NCBI RefSeq assembly: GCF_040938485.1
Contig: NW_027272009.1
Span: 310,001-374,000 of the forward strand
From: Diadema antillarum
Lineage: Eukaryota
Reading direction: 5' to 3'
Length of the DNA stretch: 64,000 nt
Below, one piece after another: positions 50,301 through 62,900 of this stretch. The translations under genes and the position numbers were made by a program. The notes beneath the pieces were generated by a model. That model saw nothing but the letters and a program-made list of their open reading frames with translations, was not told where the DNA came from and did no database searches. Every line of letters begins with the position of its first letter. Within the stretch, counting starts at the first letter, position 1.

Positions 50301-53300
50301 GGATGGATAGACTATCATATAGATTGAAAGAAAAGTAGAGCGATAGATACAGAAATTTTAAATAGATTATGTATTTGGGAGGGGTGGGAAGATTCTCACT
50401 GTAATTCAATTTGTATATCATACAATTTCAATATGTGATACTTTAGTTTCATTTCATCTTATGCTTTGGTAGCTTGGATGCTAGTTAGATGAATGATGTT
50501 ATATTAAAAAAAAACTTTTTAAAGTGTGAAAAGTGAGAATGGGCATTGGTTTGTCTCAAGCTGCGCCTTTGATGATCAAGTGTCCTTTGTGACATGCCTT
50601 TTGTGCATTCCGGCACTTGTTTGCAAACAAAACATTGAAAGTAAGCTTTTCATGTATAATATAATTTTTTTTTTCTCCTTTTTGACATATCACAGAACTT
50701 TCCGAAATGGCATGCAGGACCTGAAGGTGTGGCCTGGCGTGGAAGGGGATGGAGCCACTCAATCCAAGACACCAGGCAAGCTGGCTGACCACAATGACAC
50801 CATGGCACGACTGGCCAAGCTGACCAAGAAGCACCGTAAGGGTCACATGCTGAAGGTGGACTGGCTTGACCGGCTCACATTCAGAGAAATCGAGATGATC
50901 AATGAGGTAAACTATTTTGACTTGGGTCACATACGGCCTTCTTAGACACATGAACGGTATCAATCAATATTAATCAATCAAATCAATAAGTTAGTAAAAT
51001 GAGATTTATGCAGATATTGACTCGATTGGTTGGACTGTGGAAGCATTATGATATTAAAATATATGACATTTCATTGTAGAAACAGCCTGGTATGACATCA
51101 AGCTTGGCTCCTTCACTTCTTGTTTCAGAAGAGATGGTGTGATAAATGCCATCGTCAGTAAGGAACTCTCTCTCACTACAGCATTTCAAATCCTGATGTG
51201 AAGGCACCTGAGAAATGCCTGACATGATGAGCAGCATAAGATTTTCATGTTTATTCTCTCTGAAATCTACATATAAGAACGTACAGATATATTACTGATC
51301 CCATGCTCATTTTCAGAGCATAATCACAACATTTACGCAAACATTCCCTCGTTACAGACATCATGTCCAATGCTGGTTGTTATGATCAGTGCCTTCCAAT
51401 GTGAACAAATGAGCATATTACAGATGTTTTTAAAAAAGGAACAATGTGTCTTTTGAGGTATGGGTCTTCTTCAGTTTGTCTGCCCTCTGGGCAAATGAAA
51501 TTGAATGAATCTGTAGATTCCCATCAAGACAGGTTCAATTCCTGCTGGTTCCTTTTTTTTGCAACATGTTTGTTAAAAATGTAGATCAGCAATTGCGATC
51601 TTCCAAATTTCATTTGTACAGAAGGCAAACATATTGAAGAAAACCCATACCTCATATCTTCACCCCATTACTTAATAATCTTTTGCTTTTGTTTTACATG
51701 TCTTTTGTTATGTACAAAAATATTGCAAGCTAATGGATAGATTAAACTTGAAATAAAAGACAAATGTGTTGCTGGAAGTATATCTTGTGTGAGGGTAACA
51801 TGTCAGCATTTCGTGCGATATGAAAGAGTAACCATGTGTGTATCATTTATCTTTGAAGAAAGAGAAACGAGACTCAAACTTCATGTACCTGATGGTGGAA
51901 TTCCCTAGGATTCACTACAATGATATTGAATGTGCAGCTGTTTACTATGAGAAGGTGAGTTTACACATACAAAATGTGTAGTCAAAATTTTTGTCTGGTT
52001 ACGTATTGCCAAAGGGTATACTGTCCTAATATGTTGCAGGATTGAAGATTTTTGTTTTTCTGAGAAGTCTTGAATAAAAAGACTTAAAAATTGTGTATCG
52101 GTAAGTTTGTGCACAAGTACATGATGATGATTACTGTTATACATGTATAATCTAGATTAATGTTGTCTTTACTAGGAATGTTATACTCATTGCTACCATA
52201 CTACCTTTGTAACTTCTATTACTGCTATCCTCCTCGTCAGCAATATTATCGTCATCATCAATATCACCACTATTTTCCTTTGCATTCAATGTGCCTAAAC
52301 ATTGAATTATGATTGTTCAGTATTTTTTCTACTTTATAGTAACATTCGCGACATGAAACTTTCATGGACTGGAGCCGACTGCGTTTTTTTGTGGCATGAA
52401 ACTTTCACGAATTGCCACTGGCATTCAGTGCATTGTGTAGACAAAAACTTTTCCACGCATTTTATTTTTGCAAATCTTGGCTCCTTGCGAAATTCTTGGA
52501 AGTTTTATGTACACAAAATTGATTGGTTTTACAATAAACTACAAGTGACTGCATGTTTTGACTGTAGGTCTACCATGCTAATTGACACCTTGAGATTGGA
52601 ATTGAATGTGTTAAATGGTGAAAGTACAAGTCTGTGCATTTTTGCCTCTCCAGGATGCAGAGGAGACAATATGCACCAGAAATTATGCAGAGATTGTGTC
52701 TGTTCCTGATCCTGAAATGCTCATGGTGAGATTTTTGCCCTTCAATTATACTGGACATGTGTACATGCTTATCAAGTACAATGTAGATGTCAAAGGTGTT
52801 CACAGTCGATATCCAACATGATCAATGTTAGTACGTTCTAAAAGTGCTTCTTGACTGTGATTTATTAGTGAAGTACGTAGAGTGGCTTGTCTCAATTTTG
52901 TAGAGAAAACATTTCACTGATTGGAAGCGTGAATGCTAAATCACCTTTATTGATTGTCAAGTTTGACCTTTGATCAACGTGAAGGGATATTGAAGACTGT
53001 AATGTATTTGAAGGAGTCCAGAAAGCAGATGATTCAGAAATAAATAAAAGAGTCAACTCATGAGTGAACATACTACTTGAGAAGCTTACGCTAACAGTGT
53101 GTATTGGATTGCACCTGTTTGAAAATCAGGGAGCTCATGAACACTTTGTAAAATTTACATTACTTCACTTCCAAACTGTCTAATCCTGCTTTTGACAGTG
53201 ACATAATTCAACATTGTTAGTTTTACAGGAGTTTTCCTCATCAGACTTGTCACATTGACCAAATGGTCTCTTTCAAATCACCCAAATGGTTTCTTTCAAA

Positions 53301-53902
53301 TCACCTCATTCATGCTAAAAAAATGTAATGATAATATAAAAGATAAACTTATGTTCACATGAAAGTTACTGTAAAACGATCAAGCACTTTCACGATATAT
53401 TCCCTCCTACTACAGGGATGGGAATTAGGAGTAAATAGACTCATGTGTTTTTCGATACATGTCTGTCGGATTTCCATGAAGTTGACATGATCATTGAACT
53501 GACAAATTCTAAATGTCCCTTCAAATGTGATACAGTTGTCATAGAGTGGACAATCACTTGCATCAATTTATATCTCTTGAAGGAGCTCCTATGTGTTCCA
53601 AACATTTCCTTCACCACTCAGAGTTACAAAGTGAACAAAGAATGAATAGAAGCATGCTTTATGGGAGCAAATTTTGAGACTTCAAATTTTGAGACTTCAG
53701 ATTTTTTTTTTCTGATCCTCTTATAGGAGAATCTGGTGGAGAGCAAGCACCACACCCTGGCCAGAAGTGAGCGTAGTGGCCTTTCAGACAGAGATCTCAA
53801 ACCCAATGCCTCAACCAGGGACCAACTCAATGTGAGTCAAAGAGGTCGCTACACTCATCCCGATGTCGATGATGTCGGTGATAATGATAATTGTGATGTT
53901 GT

Positions 53903-53933
<31 letters not shown>

Positions 53934-56900
53934 GATTAAGATTTGGAGTTGCAATGATTGATTGTTATGATTATAAAGATGATGGTTGGGTAATGATGAT
54001 GGTAATGATTACAGAGATTAAGATGATGATAAATTACCTTGGTATGATGAGGGTGATGATGATGACAAGAGGTGCGATAACGTGGAAGCTAGGATGATGT
54101 TGGTGGTAAAGTGCTTTGGACAAAATGCATATGGATATCCAACAAGTAGCCAAAGCTTTATTGATTTTAATTGTGCTGAGCTAAATTTTCGTCTGATTTG
54201 TTTGAATAAATATTTATTTGTCCCTACTGAATACAAATTTGCCTTTTGGGTTCATTATCTACAGATAGGCCTGAAATAAGTCTTTTGTTGTTATATTTCA
54301 TATTCTAAACCTATTTCTGTGCTCTTTCTGCAGAACATTGTGGGCTACGGACCCACCAAGCCCCTGACGTACGAGGAGCAGGACCTGGTTTGGCGACTCC
54401 GGTTCTACCTGACCAGCCAGGGCCCCGCCCTGACCAAGTTCCTGCGCTGCGTCAAGTGGGACTCGTCCCATGAGGAGAAGCAGGCGCTGGAGCTGTTGGG
54501 GCAGTGGAGCCCCATCGATGTAGTAGATGCCCTTGAGCTCCTCTCCCCACAGTTCAGGCACAGGGCTGTCCGGAGGTATGCTGTGTCGAGACTCAGGCAG
54601 GCCAATGATGAGGTGAGTGGCTCAGGCCCCATGCTCCCCACTCAGATGGTCATCTTTACTACATGTACATTCCTTATTTTTCAGGAAAAGGGGTATCTCG
54701 AAGGTATCTCGTAGGGGTATCTCGTAGGGGCTCAATTTAAGGGAAAAAAGTCCTTACAAATAGTAGAAATAGGGGGTCTTTTAGTATTTTTTCTCGAAAT
54801 ATAGAGTTTTAAAATCTTTCCTGAACAATCTTGAAATAGGGTCCTGAATAGGGTTAGTTTAAACCCCTGAAAATTTGAAAATAGGGGTAGTGCGGCTTCT
54901 TGGTGTTTGTCCCAGTTCTTCCAAATGTGCTTTACTGTACATGTGTTGCTGGAAAGTATGCCATGCTGGCCTTCGTTTTGCAGGACATAATAGCCACATG
55001 CGCTGCGCATACATCACGCTGCTTGTGTGTATGCTAGCAGCCTTCCCTTCCAAAAGCCTGTGATAAGTGGGTCTAAGTCCTATCCAATTTCCACTCTTAA
55101 AATGGGTGTATGCATGGGGGGGGGGGGGGGGGGGGGGGGGGGGGAGGGGCAGGGCTATGGCCAGGTTGTACAACAATTGTACCTACACATTAAAGGTTAC
55201 TGCAGTTACTGAGGGCTGAGGTCACATGTCACTTTGTAAACTCAGTCGTTATCCTAGTGTGACAGCTCCTAATATCAAATTAAAAAAAGTCCAAGCTGAT
55301 TTGTCTGTTCTTTCAGCTCATCAGAATCAAGAGTTCAAGTGAGCTACTGTGATCACTCTTTGTTGTGTCTTGTGTGCAAGGTGTCTTGTCTGTTGTCTGG
55401 AAATTTTTACATGTTTGTTTATTTATTCTTTTTTTTAAATGCATGGTAAAGCTGTGTGTTTTGTACTTCATTTGTCCAGACCCAGAAATAGTACACCCAT
55501 GCTGTACTGTACAATTGTATTTATATACTTTTTCAGTGAAGAATGGCAATCAGTAAATGTTTTAATGATAAACAGAGTATTCAACCCATTGATTTTAAAG
55601 ACTACGTTTATGGACTTGAAATAGAGAGACAGAGTTTTTGGTCAGTGAGTTGGAAAAACCCATACTAAATGCGTGCATGACACACTTTGTGAAATCGTGA
55701 AATGAATGACAAAATGTATAAAACTCAACTCTCAATGTATAGAACTTATATATCAAAATTTACATTGATTTATTAATGAAATAAAAAAGTACTTGTAACC
55801 TTGCCATGGAAATATGCATAAGACTTCCAGCTAAGTTTTGTTGTGACAAGTTGCTATATGGCTGTAATTGGTGCTTGTAACTTAAAAAAAAATTCATTGA
55901 ATGTAGGAGTTGATGTTGTACCTACTACAACTCGTGCAAGCTCTGCGGTACGAGGACTATGATGAGATCAAAGCTACACTGGAGGCCACGGCTGCCCGAC
56001 CACGCAGCGACGTCCATATGGCACCAGACTACCACGTAGTGAGAGAAAGGTAGTCATAATCCTTTAATCTTTTAATCTCTTAATCTAATCTGCAGTTACT
56101 GTCACTGTCTGTCTTTCCCATCAAGAGACCACATCTATGTATAGTTTTATGAGGAGTTATTGCAGCTCAGTCAATAAGACCCACGATCATTAATCATGAT
56201 GTCATGGTTCGAGTCCCCGGCCGCAGTGGTTATCCCCAAGGCAAGGCACATTATCTTCATTGTCTAGTCCTTCGAAGGGGACTGGAAGCTTTCAGCCCTG
56301 TGGTTGCTTGTTGTTACGCTCTCAATGCTTCCTTTGCCGTCATGTAAAACCATGTAAATTCTAATCTAATCTAATCTAAATCGAGAGACCAGATCTTGAC
56401 ATTTAACAAAAATGAAAGCAGCTCATCATCTTGAAAATTTTATTAAGTTCAAATTTATGAAATTCTTGCATCGAGTTGTTTTTGTCGCAACTGATTGACA
56501 AATTGCCCTACATTGACGTAAATAAGCGCTGAATTGATCAGTGTTTTAGTAGTAGCCGTGACAAAAGAAATCATTGGCATACATACTCAAGCAGGATTTC
56601 GAACCTATGACCTCTTAATTAATGGACAGGCGTCTTATCCACTAGACCACCGAGCTACCACACGACAGCCAGTGCTGGCTCTAGTCCTTATGGCGGGCAG
56701 CGGGTACTATGTAATCATTTAAAGTGATGAAATTCTTGCGTCGAGTTGTTGGAACGTTGACATTCTGTTTTCAGCCTCTTCATACTGTGAAGACTCTTGT
56801 AAAGGTTTCCAATGGTATATGATAGGTCCCACATTATTTCCATAGACCTATGACAGAAACAGTGAAAAGCAGACCTGTGCACATACACTATTATGAGAAA

Positions 56901-59900
56901 GTCAGTTTTCCACTTTAGACGCAGTTTAGTATATGGGAATAAATGCATTCGGACAGAGTGGGGGTATTCGATTTACCTTGGTAAAGACTGAAAAATTTCA
57001 AATTGGAATACATTCCTGGATATGAGATTTTTTTTCAAAAAATGTCAGATTTCATATTTTCAGCCAAATCACCATTACTGTAGTGCAGGTTTGTCAGGTT
57101 CAATGTCAGTGACTGTGTGAGGATCACTATATGCCCAGTGGCAAGCAGTTCTGAGGATTTCAGTTGTGTGTATCCTAGATTATCTATAATAGTTTTAACT
57201 CACGCACGTTGAGCTGGTTCTGATATAAACCTCAAATAAAAATGTTTATGAGTTTCTCTAAAAATGTAACATTCCATGTTGTGACAGTTTTGAATACTGT
57301 ATAAGAATATATTCGAAGAATTTGGCATGCAGAAGTAGAATTTTTTTTTTTTTTTTTGGACAGGCTATTTGTGAAAAAGAGATCTTGTACATAGTTTCCT
57401 GGAAAACAAGAAGGGAGAAAGATGTGAAATGTCATATCTTGTATGGGTGCCAGTTGTGATATGCAAAGAGATGTACAAAGTTTTTTATACTCCTAAATAT
57501 GTTCATGTGTTCTTGGTAGAGCTTCCAGTCACAACACAATTCCCCATCCTCTAGCGGAGACACCAGAGTCCCCCACTCCTCCAGTTGCACCTCAGGATGA
57601 GGGCCAGGACCAGGCAGAAGCTGAGGAGGTATGTATCCTCTTTCTTCTCCTCCTCTTCCTTTTCTCCCTTCTCCTCTCCCCCTCATACCGCCCCCCCCCC
57701 CCCCACTTCCCCCTTCTCCTTCCTCTTCCTTCACTATTAATATTTATATGGGTAACAATTATCATTTACTGTGAAACCAGAAATTTTCTTGTGTGTGAAA
57801 CTTTCACAAATTTTGCGAGGAGGCACGATTTGCAAAAGTGAAATGCACGCAAAAGTTTTTGTCTACACAATCCAGTACATGCTAGTATGCTTGTAATTTT
57901 TCAAGGTCTGCAATTTGGGAATGTTTCATTCTGCAAAAAAGGCTGTCAGCTCCTGTTTGCCAAAGTTCATGCCATAAATGTCTCTGGTTTTACAGTGGTC
58001 TGTCATACGTGTTAAAAGGACTGTACAGTACTGGTTGAGGTGAGGATTCAGCTTGTAACGTTTTGCGAGATATTTAGAATCTACTCTGTAAAATGTTAAA
58101 GAGCATACAATTCTAAGGGGAATCAAAAGTTTATTTGATAAAAATCGGTTTTGAAATGACTGAGATATCTGAAAACAAGGTAAAACAAAGAGATTCTAAT
58201 AAAAGTTGTGGCCTGTCAATTTTATTAGGATCGCTTTTTGGGATATCTTAGCCATTTCAAGACCAATTTTCATCAAATAAACATTGAATCCTTCTTGAAA
58301 TTACTTTCTCTTTCATATTTCATAAGAGTTTTCTCATGATCTCACCAAAAAATGTTATAAACCTGACATTAGGTCTCGACCAAAACTATACGATCCCTTT
58401 ATTTCAGTTAAGGAAATAATGTAACCTACATTACAATTCTCAGTGAAATGGTGTATTTTTCCCCATGTTTTGCATATATGTGACTTTTATTTTACTCTTG
58501 CCCTCTGCATTACCATACAGTGCAATCTTGCCACATTCCTGATCGAGAGGGCGTGTTGTAACTACACCTTAGCCAACTACCTGTACTGGTACCTCCTGGT
58601 TGAGAGCGATGAGCAGGATACGGTTTCCAAGGAAAACCGCATCATCGACATGTACAAGTCGGTGCTGAAATGTTTCAGCCAGGCTCTGAGCAAGGTACGT
58701 TCCCTGTCTAGTTGCATGCAAGCGCCTCTGTAATGCCTCAATTTCCGTTCGAGGACCAGGAGGATATCATTTCAAATTTGACAGAAAAGGTTTGAATTAT
58801 TGAAGTGTCCCAACCTGTCAGTTCTTGTCTTTATTATGATGTTTGTATAGGTGCTTGTAAAGATTTATATGAAGAGTTACCATCCCACAGCAAAGAAAGA
58901 CCACACAACTCATTTCTCACTCTCATCTTTAACCAGTCTGGTGTTACTATGAGCAGTGGGAACCAAGTTGAGTGTTTGCATAAACTGTGCACTATTTGAG
59001 AAGTGCAGAGTGTGTACAGTGCTGTGATATTCAGACTGTAAAAGAGGCCCAAACATATTTATGCATGGAAACAGGCTCATAAGTTTAAAATATGGCTTTA
59101 GAGTATCTTCTATTTCCCCCTCTATAGACCTTCTTGTTCTTGAATATCATAACATGTATATAGAATGTTTTAATGATACAATTATATGAGTAAACAGAAA
59201 GGCAAGACTGTACTGACTTTGGTATAGTGTCAATGCCTCTTTCTGGTGTGGTTGCCTGATAAATTGTGAATACCTTAATAGATTGAGAGAATCCAGCTAA
59301 ATTAGCTACAGGTGTGAATGTTTGCCAGTCTGATCTTGTTACTGGAATATTGTGACAGTTATCTAATGATCAGGAACTGATTTCTGTTCAGTGTGGATAG
59401 TACCTTAGTACATTCCAGTGTCTGACATCATTCCATTAGTTCTTTTTGAGCGGATGCTACTCGCTTTCGTAGTCATGTGTGTGTATGTCATTTTTTTGTA
59501 CCTATCTAAACTTATCTCTCTTTACCTTTGGCGATATCACTTGGCTGTTGCCTATGATGTGGCATATTTCTAGTTAGTTTGTCAGACGCATGCTGTGCCC
59601 TTTTGTGCTATTGATATCAAGTTGCACTCTACCATCTGAAAACAGGGAGGACGTGAATGCGTCCACTACCGGTCACTCCTGGTCAGACAGCATACCCTGA
59701 CCAACCACATCTTGAATGTCATGAGGCAGGTGGCCAAGGAAAATGGCAACCGGAAGAAAAAGGTAAAAATCTTACTTTCTTGGCAAAGATATCGTACTAC
59801 AGCCTCCTCTTATGATTTTTTTTTTTTTAAGGGGGGGGGGGAGCCTCAAATAGAATTTTACCACATTTTGTTAGCAATTGTCTGGAACACTAGAGGTGAC

Positions 59901-62900
59901 ACAACTTGCATGTAGTAGACATAATGTAGTGCCAAATTTCAAAGTGTTGTGTAACTTTACAGGCTTTCCTGACCATTTCATTTATTTTGTTGTTAAATTT
60001 CATATCAGACGCATTAATTTTCGTCATAAAATGCTCATGCATCAAAATGTTATCATTCAAAATCGTTTTTCACCTTTTGAATTAACTAATGCAGCAACAG
60101 AGTCTGCATCTTTTGTACATTTTAATTTATCAAATGCACTTTCATTTCTAAATTACCTCCAACAAAATTGAACACTATTCTGCTGTTGCTCATATCAATG
60201 TCAGTGTTATCTGATATATAGTTGTTGACCTATTAAGGATCAAAAGTGGGAAATGTTTTTTTTTTTCGTAACACCTAGTAGATATGTTGTTTTGTCATTT
60301 CATAGCCTTGATGTCTTTGCTCTCCCCACCTTGCCGTCCACTCCACTCTCTCCAGATCGAGAGGCTGCAGGCTCTCCTCAGCGACCACGACAACCTGTCG
60401 GTCAACTTCACCAACTTTGACCCCTTGCCCCTGCCCCTGCACCCAGAAGTCAAGGTTGTGGGGGTGATCCCGGAGAAGGCGTCCATGTTCAAGAGCTCCC
60501 TCATGCCCATCAAGCTGACCTTCAAGACTACGAATAACGAAGAGTACGTCGCCATCTGTAAGAATGGCGACGACCTGCGCCAAGACCAACTCATCCTGCA
60601 AATCATCACTCTCATGGACCAGGTATGGTAAAGGGAGAGGGGGGCTGTTTATTAGTCCCCCACCACATTCCCCATTAAAAGTTGACAAAGGGTGAATTTC
60701 GGATTAGTTTTGGGGTTTGTCAGTCTGATTCCCACAGAGAAAAACACAATGGATTTAAAAAAAAATACAATGATTGTGAAAATCAGAAGAATGATGGTAG
60801 TGAAGAATAGAAGAATGATGATGATGACAATGATGTTCATTTTGTTAATGGTGATTGTGCAAAGTTGACAGTAAATAATGTATAAGGATTAATTGTACTA
60901 TTGTCTTGAGGAAAAAAAAAACAAAAGCTTTAAGCTAAGATGTGGATCTTGAGGGTAGGGTGGTTTGTTGCAGTGATGATGATGGTGATGATGGTGATAA
61001 CTGTAAAAATGAAGAGACAAAGTATGAATGGAATGTTTTTTCATTATCATTGCATCGACCTTTGGTGTCATATATGTCCATCTACATGTAGCAGTGGAGA
61101 AGGACCATTTAAGAAACAAAAGTGGATTGATTCAGCTTATTGTACACTGTAGAATCTTCAAATCAACTATTTCCTGCTATCATAACATCAAGTTGTTTAA
61201 ATAATACTAAGGTACTAGTAATAACAGCATGGTTAAAGACACCACTGGAAATTCCTTATAATCAGCATGCACCATTTTATGTGTGGTGAGATTGTATTCC
61301 TTGCTTCCAGAGGTCAACTAGAATTGTTTATGCATTTTATCAAACTTTTATTTCACACAATGGTGATTAAATTTTTGTTTTCTTTGCATCAGAAATTTTG
61401 CATTATGAAATCCAACTGATGGAGTTGTCAATGTACGAGTTTGGATTTTATTTGTCGGATGTTGCGGGAAAAGTAAAGGGAGTGGAGATGGATTACAGAC
61501 CTAATGTTGAGAATATTTCCTTTTCTTTTCATTTTAAACTTACAGCTCCTGAGACAAGAGAACTTGGACCTGAAGTTAACCCCATACAGGGTCCTTGCCA
61601 CAAGCAGCAAGAATGGCTTTGCACAATTCATTGACTCTACGGCTGTGGCAGATGTTCTCTCTCAGGAGGGCAACATTCAAGTGAGTTAGAAACTTTTTTT
61701 TTTTTTTTTTTTTTAAATCACCTGAGCCAAATCCCTTAAACAAGCTATTGTGACAGTTCACCCTCTGGCGTCTGTTGTGTACCGTCCATCGCCCGTCATA
61801 CACTTTTTCACATTTTCATCTTTTTGACAACTGCTGGATTTTGAGCAAAAGTGGCAAGAATCATCAGTGGAGAGAGGGGATCAAAGCTTGCACAAATGAT
61901 GGTGGTGCCCAATCGGAGTGCCCATAGGATGGGGCCCGAATAAGCAGAGTTATCTAATTTTCTTAACCTTTGATATTTTCATCTTCTTAAAAACAAGTTG
62001 CTGGAATTTGACCAAAGAATTATCAAAAAGGTGAGGGTATCATAGTTTGTACAGAAAGTGGTGGTGTTTCCAGAGGTGCCCATGGAGCTGGGCCCAAATA
62101 GCCCAGATTAGTTAATTTTCAGCATTATGTTACTTTTCATCTTCTTCCTAAAAACAGGGGCTGCATTTTGTCAAAAATTGATGGGAATCATCAATGGGGG
62201 GGGGGGGGGGGGGGGGGGGGGAATCATAGTTTGCACAAATGTTTTTGGTGCTTCCCCCTCCCCCCCACCCTCCCATTGTAGTTCATGACAACTTGAAATA
62301 TATGTTTTAAACAGTATGATTTATTTACTCTTCATTATCATTAATTTATTCGCCTTATTGACTCTATTTCTCAAGGTATCTACACCCAAATTATCTTCCA
62401 TTGCTTCATTACCACATTATACTGATAATAGATATGATGCCACATGCCTATTTATGTGAAAATTTTTCACAATTTTTCAACAGAATTTCTTCCGGAAGCA
62501 CGCCCCAAGTGAGACTGCCCCCTACGGCATCAGTCCAGACGTCATGGATACGTACGTCAAGAGCTGTGCTGGATACTGTGTCATCACCTACCTCCTTGGG
62601 GTCGGTGACCGCCATCTGGACAACCTGCTGCTCACCAAGTGCGGCAAGCTCTTCCACGTGGACTTTGGCTACATCCTGGGGCGCGACCCCAAGCCCCTGC
62701 CGCCCCCCATGAAGCTGAGCAAGGAGATGGTGGAGGGGATGGGCGGAGCTGCCGGGGAGCAGTACCAGGACTTCCGCAAGATCTGCTACACATCATTCCT
62801 CCATCTGCGAAGGTAGGGTTGTTGTTTTTCTTTTTCTTTATCATTGTTTGTTGTAATTCCATGCAACTTTTTATTGTCTACTAAAAACTTATAGCATATT

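Noticed and set aside
50556-50963. 135-aa minus-strand ORF
   Set aside because: Antisense shadow of PIK3C3 exon 5
56152-56230. Functional tRNA gene
   Set aside because: Degenerate A box; continues into a SINE body and TAATC tail
60275-60688. 137-aa minus-strand ORF
   Set aside because: Antisense shadow of GC3-rich PIK3C3 exon 14
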